Positions 51,030-60,935 of a DNA stretch of 64,000 nucleotides are shown piece after piece. Source of the stretch: a virus (Duplodnaviria > Caudoviricetes); IMG/VR virus record IMGVR_UViG_3300032030_002018; one strand, given 5' to 3'. Within the stretch, counting starts at the first letter, position 1, and each line of letters starts with the position of its first letter. Both the position numbers and the translations under genes were made by a program. The notes below the pieces were generated by a model. It saw nothing but the letters and a program-made list of their open reading frames with translations. It did no database searches and was not told the DNA's origin.

Positions 51030-52580
51030 TTATTTGCATAATCTATGCATCAAGTCCAATGAACTGAGCAGGTCATCGGATTTATAGATACGAGTCTCAT
51101 TAACTTTTTTATTTTCAGTCAAGAATTCAGGATTGCTGATGTTGATTTTGTTTCTGTTTTGCAACTCCCTTGAAATTGACTCGTATAGATTTCTTGATTC
51201 CTTGACTGTTTTCGCCTCATTTCCAAATCGTGCGATAATCTCCTTCTTTTCGTCAGAGCTGGTTGAGTTTTCAGAGATGAGTTTTATTATTTGTCCAAGA
51301 TTGACATTTGTCACAGCTGCTTCCTTAAGAATGCCTTTGAATTGGTTAAGAGCGCGTTTAAGTTCATTATTCTCACGGAAAATGTTATTTGCCCTTCTTA
51401 CAACTGATTCAGTAGTAACATCGTCTTCTCTATTGGAATATCTTGGGGTTACAGTTCCCTTTATTCTCCTTCCACCCTTGCTTGCGCTTCTTGCGCTTCT
51501 ACCGTTTGAGTTTGGAACGTGTGATTTGGAAGTTGAGTTTTGTTGAACGAAGCCCCCAACGTTTGTTGCCTCTTCAAGTTCCATATCGTCTTCTTCCTCA
51601 ACAGTTTTTCCTTTTCCGGCTGTGAAAGGTTTGTCTGCTGATTTCCTTGGATATCCTGACCAAGGTTTAGCGTCACCCTTTGGAACACCCTTATCCCAAT
51701 CTCTTACATTTTTGCCAGGTTCTGACATACCAGGATTACTCATAACATCATTTTTCTGATAGTTATCAGTATATCCAACGTTGGAATCGTATTCATTCAG
51801 GGCGATTTCAAAAATCATCGATTCATTCATTGTTTTATCATTATTATCTTCGTCTTCTTCGGAATCCTCATCAGTATCATCCTCCAAGACATTATCTTCA
51901 TCATCGTCGATTTCGACCTCGATATCATCGTCATCAGTGTCGTCGTCTTCTGTATCATAAGAAACCTCAATATCAACATCGTCATCAGTATCGTCAATAT
52001 CAACATCTGTATCGTCAAAATCAGTGTCAATATCTGTATCAACGTCTGTATCCGTGTCCATATCAAGAATTATCTCACTATCAGCAGAATCAGCGTCATC
52101 ATCAAGAACGATGATATATTCTGCCCCGGTTTCATTGTCTTTAACGTTGACCTTATTGTCAGTTTTCTTAATTACAACTTGGTCGTCGTTATTGAGCAAT
52201 TTATAAACCTTCACGACTTCATCGTCTTCCGCGTTAGAGAAATCATACTCGTCATCTGATACCTTATACTTATCAAAATCAGACCATTCCTCAGCATCAT
52301 CAGAATCTATATCTGAATCCATATCGCCTGTTTCATTTTCGTCTGAATCATCGGTATCAATTTCAGTATCTTCCACCTCTTCAACATCATAAGCGTCGTC
52401 ATCCTCGTCTTTGTCATCTTCTTCAGATTCGTTCAAGATTTTTGTATAGGTTTCACGAACTGCGTCATTAAGCAAATCCTTAACAGCATTTGTCGTGTTT
52501 TCCTTAAGCAATCCTTCGATATTGCTGAACTCATCAAGAGATTCCTTGACATATTTGCTTCTGATATTTTCTTTTTTCAT
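51030..52580 (-). CDS. Prohead scaffold/core protein (gp22 position)
   Basis: Highly acidic with coiled-coil C-terminus and many LxE sites; directly upstream of the capsid gene. Confidence 0.75.
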   Translation of the reverse strand: MKKENIRSKYVKESLDEFSNIEGLLKENTTNAVKDLLNDAVRETYTKILNESEEDDKDEDDDAYDVEEVEDTEIDTDDSDENETGDMDSDIDSDDAEEWSDFDKYKVSDDEYDFSNAEDDEVVKVYKLLNNDDQVVIKKTDNKVNVKDNETGAEYIIVLDDDADSADSEIILDMDTDTDVDTDIDTDFDDTDVDIDDTDDDVDIEVSYDTEDDDTDDDDIEVEIDDDEDNVLEDDTDEDSEEDEDNNDKTMNESMIFEIALNEYDSNVGYTDNYQKNDVMSNPGMSEPGKNVRDWDKGVPKGDAKPWSGYPRKSADKPFTAGKGKTVEEEDDMELEEATNVGGFVQQNSTSKSHVPNSNGRSARSASKGGRRIKGTVTPRYSNREDDVTTESVVRRANNIFRENNELKRALNQFKGILKEAAVTNVNLGQIIKLISENSTSSDEKKEIIARFGNEAKTVKESRNLYESISRELQNRNKINISNPEFLTENKKVNETRIYKSDDLLSSLDLMHRLCK

Positions 52581-52755
52581 AATTTAAAAATAAATAAAAT
52601 TTAGTTTTCTTACAATTAATTATCAGTAAATTACAAATTTACCGATTTTTAGCATCATTTTTAAAAATAAATATATCATATTATTAAAAAAAATAACTAA
52701 AATATACCTTTAATTGAAAAAAAAATATATTTATATTAAAAAATCTTAAAAAAAG

Positions 52756-53910
52756 ATGAATAAAGGTGTAATAAAAGAGATAAAAAAGGGAGAAACAGGT
52801 AAGGGATTGTTAATTGAATCTGATGGATACATATCAATGAACCTGTCAGAAAACAACAGAAGGATATGCGAGGATTTCAGACAGGATGGATGGAATGTAC
52901 CAAAGCCATTCATCGTTGATGCTGTATTTCAGAAATTTGATACAAAAAATGCAAACGGAAGAATATATCCTGAGAAAATATTAAAGGAACAAGTTGAAAT
53001 ATACCAACAGAAAATCAAAGAAAGAAGAGCATACGGTGAATGCTATAAACCAGATGCACTGATATTAACTGAAACCGGATGGAAAACACTGGAAGAAGTT
53101 AAAGTTGGCGATAATATACTCACGTTAAATGTTGAAACAAATCAAATCGAAATTCAACCTATATATGAAAAGGTTGAATATGATTATGAGGGAGATATGA
53201 TAAGGATATACAATAGGAACATTGATGATATTGTAACGCCAGAACACCAATACATCGTATATGATAATGATACAAAAAAATATCTTAATAGATATACAGC
53301 CACAGAAATTATGTACGGAGATTTCGATGATAAACTATATATTCCAAATATCGGTATAAATGACGGAATTCTTCTAAAAGACGTTAAATCAGAAAAAATC
53401 CCATATAATGGCAAAGTTATGTGTGTAAAAGTTGAAAATCACAACTTCTATGTTATGTGTAACAATAAAACACACTGGACATCAAATTACTGTAACCATC
53501 CGTCGGACACCACAATTGACCTTGGACGAATATCACATAACATCATTGAGTTACATTGGGTTGGAAAAACACTTGTTGGAAAAATGGAACTCAACATATC
53601 TGAAGGTTTCAGGCGTAACGGAATATGTTCGTCATATGGAGATACTGTTGCATTGCTATTGCTTAATGGATATAAGATTGGAGTGTCTTCAAGAGGAGTT
53701 GGAAATGTTGAAATGAAAATGGGAAATTATATCGTTGGAGACGATTTTGAAATAATCTGTTGGGATACCGTTTCTGACCCAAGCACTCCGGGGGCTTTTA
53801 TATCATCAAACGGTCCTGATGAATTACGGCAATATGTAGAAAATTCAGAAAAGGATAAATCAAAACTTATTTCAGAAAAAATAAACAAAATAAAAAACAT
53901 ACTTAAATAA
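52756..53910 (+). CDS. Prohead maturation protease (T4 gp21-like) with mini-intein
   Basis: KNANGRIYP, AYGE...NHP, SHNI, IGVSSRGVG, WDTVSDPSTPGA. Confidence 0.93.
   Translation: MNKGVIKEIKKGETGKGLLIESDGYISMNLSENNRRICEDFRQDGWNVPKPFIVDAVFQKFDTKNANGRIYPEKILKEQVEIYQQKIKERRAYGECYKPDALILTETGWKTLEEVKVGDNILTLNVETNQIEIQPIYEKVEYDYEGDMIRIYNRNIDDIVTPEHQYIVYDNDTKKYLNRYTATEIMYGDFDDKLYIPNIGINDGILLKDVKSEKIPYNGKVMCVKVENHNFYVMCNNKTHWTSNYCNHPSDTTIDLGRISHNIIELHWVGKTLVGKMELNISEGFRRNGICSSYGDTVALLLLNGYKIGVSSRGVGNVEMKMGNYIVGDDFEIICWDTVSDPSTPGAFISSNGPDELRQYVENSEKDKSKLISEKINKIKNILK
53041..53487 (+). mobile_element. Mini-intein (149 aa, no endonuclease)
   Basis: C1 CYKPDALILTETGW; block B VTPEH; block F KVMCVKVENHNFYV; ends WTSN. 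Confidence 0.85.
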
Positions 53911-53949
53911 TAGCAATGATATACTATTTTACCTAAATATCTAAATAAT

Positions 53950-53979
53950 AATGAGCAGCCAAATAAATGACTGCTCATT
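53950..53979. terminator. Bidirectional terminator, ATGAGCAG family
   Basis: aatgagcagcc-N8-gactgctcatt. Confidence 0.75.
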
Positions 53980-54008
53980 CTATTTTTTATACACATATGT
54001 CAAATGCA

Positions 54009-56144
54009 TCAAGATGCTGCATATATTTTATCAGCATAATATTTCCAATTGTCTGCTGATTTATATGAATCAACCATATTTGAAGGGACATATATTTTGA
54101 AATCATTCCCAACCTTGTTAAACGCACCGTATCCAAGAGTTACAACATTGCTTTCATTATCAATCGTAACTGAAGACAAATTAATGCATCCAACAAACGA
54201 TGACGCACCTATATTTGTACAACCTGAAGGTATTACAATTTCAGTCAAGCTCTTACATAATGAGAATGAACAAGTTCCTATTGATGTGATATTTGATAAA
54301 TCAACACCAGTAAGGCCAGTTGCGCCATAAAAAGCAAAACTACCAATTGAAGTAGCACTAGACGGAATCTCAGAAGTGCTACATCCTGCAACTATGCAAT
54401 TTGAAGGAAATATTCTTACAGGAGAAGATGGAGATGCACTCGTATAACTATATATATTCTGTGTAGACATTATAACATTCTTTCCACCATCAGTATAATA
54501 AGTATTTCCAGTATCAACAGTTATGTTTGTCATACCCTGACAATTCTTTAATATACCCTCCCTTATTGTAGTAACACTTGCAGGAATAGTAATTGAAGAC
54601 AATGACTTACAATCAGCAAAGAAATAACTTCCAATTACTTTCAAAGCGTTGGAAACTGGGTCAAAAGAACCAGAAGAAGTATTAAACTCAAATGAACGTA
54701 AATTTACACAACCACTAAAAGTAGCACCATACTTAGCAGTAACATCTGCACCAATACCATCATTACCAGCAGGTTTATCGTCACCTCCCAAAATAGACGA
54801 ATGTAACGTCATACTGACAGAAGTCAAAGCACTGCATCCATAAAAGGCATAATTACCCAATATCTGTAAAGGGGTATTAACGAAATCAGCACTTTCAAGA
54901 TTTATGCACTTCTGAAATGAATATCTTTTAACAGCTTTGACATTCGCATTAACAGATGTAATACCACTGCAATTTACGAAAGATGAATTCTGAATACTCT
55001 TTATTCTTGAATCACCAAAATCTGTTGATTTACAACCTGTAACTAAATTACCAGCATCCGTAGAAGTACCAACAACAACAGCATTAAGAGTATTGCCAGT
55101 ATAATATCTACTATTATTATTTGCTACCTCAATGAAATCACAATTTGATAATTTCTCAGTAACACTAGTAACACCTGACGGTATAGTTACAGAATTAATA
55201 CTCTGACAAAATAACGCAAAACCACCAAAAGACTTGACATTCGAAGGTATAACAGTATTCTTACAACCAACAATCATCTTGTTGTCAGATTTACTGATAA
55301 CAGCGTTACAATTATTTCGACTGTCATAAACAGGATTGTCAGAATCAACCGTAACAGCAGATACATTATAACATTCTGCAAAAGAAGAAGAACCTATACC
55401 AGTTATTCCTGAATGTATGTGTATGGAAGTCAAACCATTACAGCCATAAAAAGCATTGTTATCAATACCAGTGATAGTATCAGGTATAACAGTGTTCTTG
55501 CAACCAACGACAATATGATTATTCGAAACGTCAATTACAGCATTACATTCATTACCATTAGCATCCATTGAAGTGTATTTAACATTCCTTTCATCAACGA
55601 TAATGCTCTCAAGAGAAGTACAACTACGTAAAGCATCACCATTTATATCATTTACATTATAAGGTATCGCCAAATGCTTTAAATTATAAAGATTAGAAAA
55701 ACTTGAATTAATCTTCTTCATATAAGGCGATATAATCAAAGTGGATATATTATGGCAATCAAACAATCTGGTATTACATTCAGGAGAATAAAACTCATAC
55801 GCGAACACGTGCCTTCCAACAGTCTCAAACTGCCATATCAAACCATAAGAATGAGTACTACCAGAATTATTACTCAATATCTTCACACCATCAACATACC
55901 AATCAAACGAATTCGCATCCCTGAAAGAATTAGACGTTACCTCAATCGGCTCATTCAGTAAATCACTGGTAACATCTAATACACCAATTATATAATAACG
56001 CTTGTCATAATGAACCTCACCTAAATCGCCACCTTCAATCAAGTAAGAACTTACATAAGTGTCAGCAGAAGTTATAGTCCCCTCATAATCCCACTGAGTC
56101 TCATTGTCACTAAATAAATGTATATATCTATTATCTAATATCAT
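54009..56144 (-). CDS. BspA/TpLRR leucine-rich-repeat protein
   Basis: Many IGxxAFxGCxxLTSIxIP repeats, SRNNCNAVI...GCKNTVIP units and an IYVP...YK.A.NW cap. Confidence 0.88.
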   Translation of the reverse strand: MILDNRYIHLFSDNETQWDYEGTITSADTYVSSYLIEGGDLGEVHYDKRYYIIGVLDVTSDLLNEPIEVTSNSFRDANSFDWYVDGVKILSNNSGSTHSYGLIWQFETVGRHVFAYEFYSPECNTRLFDCHNISTLIISPYMKKINSSFSNLYNLKHLAIPYNVNDINGDALRSCTSLESIIVDERNVKYTSMDANGNECNAVIDVSNNHIVVGCKNTVIPDTITGIDNNAFYGCNGLTSIHIHSGITGIGSSSFAECYNVSAVTVDSDNPVYDSRNNCNAVISKSDNKMIVGCKNTVIPSNVKSFGGFALFCQSINSVTIPSGVTSVTEKLSNCDFIEVANNNSRYYTGNTLNAVVVGTSTDAGNLVTGCKSTDFGDSRIKSIQNSSFVNCSGITSVNANVKAVKRYSFQKCINLESADFVNTPLQILGNYAFYGCSALTSVSMTLHSSILGGDDKPAGNDGIGADVTAKYGATFSGCVNLRSFEFNTSSGSFDPVSNALKVIGSYFFADCKSLSSITIPASVTTIREGILKNCQGMTNITVDTGNTYYTDGGKNVIMSTQNIYSYTSASPSSPVRIFPSNCIVAGCSTSEIPSSATSIGSFAFYGATGLTGVDLSNITSIGTCSFSLCKSLTEIVIPSGCTNIGASSFVGCINLSSVTIDNESNVVTLGYGAFNKVGNDFKIYVPSNMVDSYKSADNWKYYADKIYAAS

Positions 56145-56180
56145 AAATTAACCTTTTTTTGCTAAATGCAATTATATCTT

Positions 56181-56318
56181 GTGAACTACCCACAAACTAA
56201 AGATTCGTAGGCTTCTGACTTCTCAGCGAATTGCCCTTGAAAGGGTCTTACATCTGCTCCATCAGTGTAATCGACAGTCCCTGCCGATATATTTCTTAAT
56301 ACTTCCGAAAGGATATTA
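56181..56318 (-). mobile_element. Orphan IS200/IS605-type tnpB 3' end / omega-RNA remnant
   Basis: Minus strand encodes NILSEVLRNISAGTVDYTDG...SEAYESLVCG* and ends GGGTAGTTCAC, typical of TnpB termini; the rest of tnpB is absent. Confidence 0.7.
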
Positions 56319-56921
56319 AATACAATTAAATCTTATAAATCTCCTTATAGACTCATTCACAGCACGCCTAATGGAACGATTTATGGATTCTAATTCAACG
56401 TTGAATGTAGCCTTATCATTAGCCATTTGCTCAGCATTGTTTGCATCATCTTTTATTTTCTTTCTGTCTTTCATAGACTGCCTATACATAAACAAATTAG
56501 CACCTGTAAGTTGTTTCCCTATTTTACCAATAATAATACCCCTTACCCTGTCTAATACTGGGTCTGATTTATATTTGGCATTTAAAGTTTTCTTAATTGT
56601 CTGAGCTTTGGTCTTTTTACCGCCTTTGTTATTTAATTTAACAATAGCCTTTGCTAAATCCTGTTGGTATTTGTCATATATATAATAACAACTCTTAAAC
56701 ATTTCAAGGTCATCATCCTTAATATAATTCGTAACCTTATCAGTTGTGTTTGCCCTGAAATTTGCAAAGAAATCATCAGCCAAATGGGAGATATCAATCA
56801 TATCATCAATATAACCCATTATGTCACCAGAACAAGGCAACATAATATTCTCAAAGAAATCTGCCACATCAGTATCAATCAATTCCTTTGTCTGCTCAGG
56901 TGTTAGTTCATAATAATCCAT
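56316..56921 (-). CDS. Hypothetical protein with C-terminal tag-like motif
   Basis: ELESINRSIRRAVNESIRRFI at C-terminus. Confidence 0.7.
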   Translation of the reverse strand: MDYYELTPEQTKELIDTDVADFFENIMLPCSGDIMGYIDDMIDISHLADDFFANFRANTTDKVTNYIKDDDLEMFKSCYYIYDKYQQDLAKAIVKLNNKGGKKTKAQTIKKTLNAKYKSDPVLDRVRGIIIGKIGKQLTGANLFMYRQSMKDRKKIKDDANNAEQMANDKATFNVELESINRSIRRAVNESIRRFIRFNCI

Positions 56922-56924
56922 ATT

Positions 56925-57116
56925 CTATTCAACATCCATATATCCATTATTATCATTATCTCTGTCAGATACAAACTGATTCATCTTGTTCAATATGTCC
57001 AAACATTCCTCATCAGACATTATATCCAACCTGCCAACTGCTTCATTTACAGCCTTTTTCCTTAAAACATTCTTCGTTTCCTCACGAATTATATCCCTTA
57101 ATCTATTTCTTCTCAT
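56925..57116 (-). CDS. Small protein with loose tag (LRDIIREE...VNE)
   Basis: 63-aa coupled ORF. Confidence 0.6.
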   Translation of the reverse strand: MRRNRLRDIIREETKNVLRKKAVNEAVGRLDIMSDEECLDILNKMNQFVSDRDNDNNGYMDVE

Positions 57117-57565
57117 TTTATCTTAACTTTACTAACATTGACATCATTGCGGTCAAAAGCATAAGACATCTCATTACATACCTCAAACGCCATATCACCC
57201 ATAACATCCTTTAAATCATTTAACTTACGAACAATATCACCATTCTGAGTCACATATAAATCAAAAGTGACAAACTTACTACCACCAGGTTTCTGACCAC
57301 ATAAATTTAAATCAAAATCAAATATGTATCTGTTACTAAAAGTATCAGAATGACCATTTACAACACGTTTCACAGCATCACGCACCCGACGGTAAACAAA
57401 GTTCTGAACATCATCAGTGAAATCACCATCATTACTCTTTACCCAAGTCTTGCCACTTATATATACAACAACAGGATTCAACCTGTCAACGCAACCAATC
57501 GATACCCTTACCTTGTCAGAAATATTATCCAATTTGATATCCTTACCCAATCTGCTCTTATTCAT
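57113..57565 (-). CDS. Hypothetical protein
   Basis: 150-aa ORF. Confidence 0.7.
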   Translation of the reverse strand: MNKSRLGKDIKLDNISDKVRVSIGCVDRLNPVVVYISGKTWVKSNDGDFTDDVQNFVYRRVRDAVKRVVNGHSDTFSNRYIFDFDLNLCGQKPGGSKFVTFDLYVTQNGDIVRKLNDLKDVMGDMAFEVCNEMSYAFDRNDVNVSKVKIK

Positions 57566-57612
57566 AATCTAAACCTCTTTTTTATAAAAAATAAAGGTTT
57601 CAATCATAAAAG

Positions 57613-58527
57613 TCAAATGCCGCCATCCATAAGTATATCCCTAATCTCCAATAACTTCGCAATGTCACCAACAATGGTCTCAGAACAATAATCCATACCA
57701 GATATATCACCCTTCAACTCCATTAAACGGCTCTTGTCAGCCTCATCAGCACCATCAATCATCTCATCAATCTTCTTCAAACAATCATCCCTGAAAGAAC
57801 AGAATAAATTCTTCTTACGATTGTCAGCACCAACAGACTTTGCATCAATTATCTGATTCACAAGCTCACGCTCATCCTCATTCAACATATTGTAAGCATT
57901 CTTGGACTTGCACTCATTAACAACATCAACACGCTTATGCTCATCAATATACTTACTTACATTCTTCCTCGATTCCAATAAAGTCGATATGTTTCCCAAC
58001 GATTCAACCTTTAACATAAGTTTCTGACAATCATTGAAAAACCTCTTCCTATCCTCAGATAATAGCGAAGAAGGCTTTATACCATTGCGAACCAATAAAT
58101 CAGATAACTTCCTGTTGGATTCCAATAACCTCTTCCTGTTTATCTTCGAACGTAACAACTTTACAGCACGATTTAAATAAGCATCAGAAGAAACTGATTC
58201 ACTTAACCTGCTGTTATACTCATTCAACGCATTGTAAAAACTAAACTGGGCGGATAAATTGACATCATTCCTAATCATATTCATTATCTCAGACAATAAC
58301 TTCCTGTTACCCTTGAATAAAGACGGAACATTCTCAATAATAATTTCATTCAATATGCCGAAATTATCACAACGGGATTCAGATAACAAAGCATCAGAAC
58401 GACGCATTGAAGATACCTTACCCTCCAATAATTCCTTAGCCCTGTCAAAACCATTATAATCGCCATTGACAATACTGTCATTCATCATACCAATGTATTT
58501 GCCAATAATATTACTTCTTCTAGACAT
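57613..58527 (-). CDS. Helical hypothetical protein (head-associated?)
   Basis: Start MSRRS at 58527 downstream of TATTTAT; several LxE sites. Confidence 0.65.
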   Translation of the reverse strand: MSRRSNIIGKYIGMMNDSIVNGDYNGFDRAKELLEGKVSSMRRSDALLSESRCDNFGILNEIIIENVPSLFKGNRKLLSEIMNMIRNDVNLSAQFSFYNALNEYNSRLSESVSSDAYLNRAVKLLRSKINRKRLLESNRKLSDLLVRNGIKPSSLLSEDRKRFFNDCQKLMLKVESLGNISTLLESRKNVSKYIDEHKRVDVVNECKSKNAYNMLNEDERELVNQIIDAKSVGADNRKKNLFCSFRDDCLKKIDEMIDGADEADKSRLMELKGDISGMDYCSETIVGDIAKLLEIRDILMDGGI

Positions 58528-58659
58528 AAAAAAATATTTTTTTCTTAAATAAATATAACAAATATCCAATATTTTCCGTTTAGTTTAATAATAATTATTA
58601 AACTAATGAAAATATTATGAAAAATAGAATGGCAATTATAGACGAGTTGACACGAAATA

Positions 58660-58693
58660 AAAATGAGCAGCCATTAATTTGACTGCTCATTTT
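58660..58693. terminator. Bidirectional terminator, ATGAGCAG family
   Basis: aaaatgagcagcc-N8-gactgctcatttt. Confidence 0.75.
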
Positions 58694-58705
58694 GTATTTT
58701 ATACA

Positions 58706-59488
58706 TTACCAATACTCTCTTTCATCTGATGTATCCAAATAATCACTACACCTTCGTTCTAATTCATCAGAAATTTCCCGCCTAATGAATTTCCTTAATC
58801 TGATTTTATCAGAATCATTAGGTACATATTCATTTAAAATCTTACCTTCTATTCTATTCAACAATTGTGATATTTCTCCTTTTATGCTCTTTTTCTCATA
58901 ATCATTGCCATAAACTGATATATCAAGTATATGTAGTAGGTCTTGATTTAATTCATCGTCGAAACATTGTTTAATAATACTTCGCCAAGAAGAATTCCCC
59001 TTTTTATATCCGTTCCTATCTACATTGTCTCTATTCAATCCATTCTTGTTGAACCCCTGACGATTAAAACCATCTCTATCAATACCATATCGGTTAAAAC
59101 CTTCTCTATTATATCCTTCACGGTCATAACCTCTATTGTTGAAACCTTCTTTATCAAAGCCACTTCTTCCAAAACCATTCTTATCATAACCTTCTCTATC
59201 ATATCCTTCACGGTCATAACCATTAACATCCCTTTTTGGAATTCTCTTTAACCCTATTTCTGGTTCCCGATTATTTGTTTTAACTAAAGTATCTGTTGTT
59301 ATCCAATCTTTAGGCATTTTACCATTGTATTCACCAAACGTATCATCCAAATATTTCCTGGTACCGTATTTATCATCAAGTTTTGGCTTTACCTCTATTT
59401 CATTTAATATTCTTTTCACAGACTCTGATACTATTCTTCTCAATCCTGATTCTGTTAATCTAACTCTATTTTTTCTCATAATTTTCAT
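58706..59488 (-). CDS. Tag-family protein with G(Y/F)(D/N)xx pentapeptide repeats
   Basis: RVRLTESGLRRIVSESVKRILNE; GYDREGYDREGYDKNGF... about 12 repeats. Confidence 0.85.
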   Translation of the reverse strand: MKIMRKNRVRLTESGLRRIVSESVKRILNEIEVKPKLDDKYGTRKYLDDTFGEYNGKMPKDWITTDTLVKTNNREPEIGLKRIPKRDVNGYDREGYDREGYDKNGFGRSGFDKEGFNNRGYDREGYNREGFNRYGIDRDGFNRQGFNKNGLNRDNVDRNGYKKGNSSWRSIIKQCFDDELNQDLLHILDISVYGNDYEKKSIKGEISQLLNRIEGKILNEYVPNDSDKIRLRKFIRREISDELERRCSDYLDTSDEREYW

Positions 59489-59559
59489 CAGTTTAATAAT
59501 TATTATTAAACTAAACGGAAAAATACTGGATAATTGTTATATTTATATTAAAAAATATA

Positions 59560-60207
59560 ATGGATACAAAGGAAATCAACAAGATTATAAACAAATTATA
59601 TCGCATTGTTCAAAAAAGCGGATATAGCGGAAAACTGTATCGTGACGACGACTGGTCAGGATTATTCTCAATAAGAGAGATTGTCCAACCAGTACTTCCA
59701 CCAGGATTCAGACTGATTATGAACCACGTGTACGGATATACACAAGACGGCAATTCAAAGGAATATCAATTCACAGTCGAACACGAAGAAACCGGAGAGC
59801 AAATAATTGACGGATATATCACAGCTCACGCAGCCGGGAATATGAACGATAAATGGAGCGCATACGATATAACAGCACAATGGGCAAAACATAATAATAC
59901 ATATACAGAATCAAATAAGATGAAAAAGAAACTTGTAAGATTAACAGAATCTGACCTACATAGAATTGTTAATGAGTCAGTAAGAAAAGTATTGAGAGAA
60001 TGGAACAATGATTACGAAGGAAACGACTTAACATACGATTCAATAAAAATGCAAGCAGAACATATCATACCACAAATGGAACAGAATGGAGAACCAATCT
60101 CTTGGAGGAATGTTGCAAAACAAATGGGATTCAGACTTGAAACACTCAACGGAGATGATATGGAACTGCTCAAAGACACAATAGAAGAAGTTATGATGTA
60201 TATGTAA
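59560..60207 (+). CDS. Two-cargo protein with internal tag
   Basis: YTESNKMKKKLVRLTESDLHRIVNESVRKVLRE in mid-protein, retaining its own ATG. Confidence 0.8.
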   Translation: MDTKEINKIINKLYRIVQKSGYSGKLYRDDDWSGLFSIREIVQPVLPPGFRLIMNHVYGYTQDGNSKEYQFTVEHEETGEQIIDGYITAHAAGNMNDKWSAYDITAQWAKHNNTYTESNKMKKKLVRLTESDLHRIVNESVRKVLREWNNDYEGNDLTYDSIKMQAEHIIPQMEQNGEPISWRNVAKQMGFRLETLNGDDMELLKDTIEEVMMYM

Positions 60208-60215
60208 AAATAATA

Positions 60216-60247
60216 AATCCAGCCTGAATTTCAGACTGGATTTTTTT
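60216..60247. terminator. Bidirectional terminator
   Basis: aaatccagcctga-att-tcagactggattt. Confidence 0.7.
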
Positions 60248-60549
60248 TATTCAACATACTCAGAAGTCACATCCTCTTCCTCATTGACTTCTTCCTCCTC
60301 TTTATCTTTTTCCTTCTTCCTAATGCCATATACTTGTTTCTTGGCGTGACCAATCATACCCAAATTGTCCAACGATAAGTTAACACCCAATAAACCACTG
60401 ACAAATAACAACATCTGAGCAGTAAACCATAACACGGTTGAATCAATAATACCCTCAGGCGGTATGAACAACGCAATGAAACCAATAACCAACGCAGTCA
60501 GAAAAGCCAATACAGACAATATCGCCTTCAATTTATAATAATCCCTCAT
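60247..60549 (-). CDS. Putative holin
   Basis: Two TM segments and a highly charged C-terminus; in lysis cluster. Confidence 0.65.
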   Translation of the reverse strand: MRDYYKLKAILSVLAFLTALVIGFIALFIPPEGIIDSTVLWFTAQMLLFVSGLLGVNLSLDNLGMIGHAKKQVYGIRKKEKDKEEEEVNEEEDVTSEYVE

Positions 60550-60935
60550 CTCTTAATCCTCCACACAATTTTAAATATTATATACGCAATGCCAATTACA
60601 CCACATATAATCAAATATAACTGCCATTGCTTAAGCTTATTGACCTCAACAACCTTCGTTATCGTAACAGTCTTTATAATAGGTATTGTATCAATCTGAC
60701 GCAACGTGTCCCTGGATACAATACGCTTCACAACAACCTTCTCCTTGGTGTCATATACAGTGTCACCCTTACGTTCAATATAACGAACAACAGAGTCATT
60801 GACAATAACACTGTCAACCTTTGTAACATACTCAGTCCTTACCCTCTCAACCTCAACAACACGCTCAACAGGCTTGCAAGAGAATAATAATAACGAGAAT
60901 AATACAAATACCAAATAATAATTAACCCTTCTCAT
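60546..60935 (-). CDS. Putative unimolecular spanin
   Basis: Lipoprotein signal (LLLFSC), beta-rich DTV/DSV region and C-terminal TM helix. Confidence 0.7.
   Translation of the reverse strand: MRRVNYYLVFVLFSLLLFSCKPVERVVEVERVRTEYVTKVDSVIVNDSVVRYIERKGDTVYDTKEKVVVKRIVSRDTLRQIDTIPIIKTVTITKVVEVNKLKQWQLYLIICGVIGIAYIIFKIVWRIKR

Larger units (their letters stand above)
58549..59546. repeat. ~80-bp inverted repeat pair flanking 58706..59488
   Basis: 58549-58627 vs reverse complement of 59466-59546; identical core ttttccgtttagtttaataataattattaaact. Confidence 0.9.
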
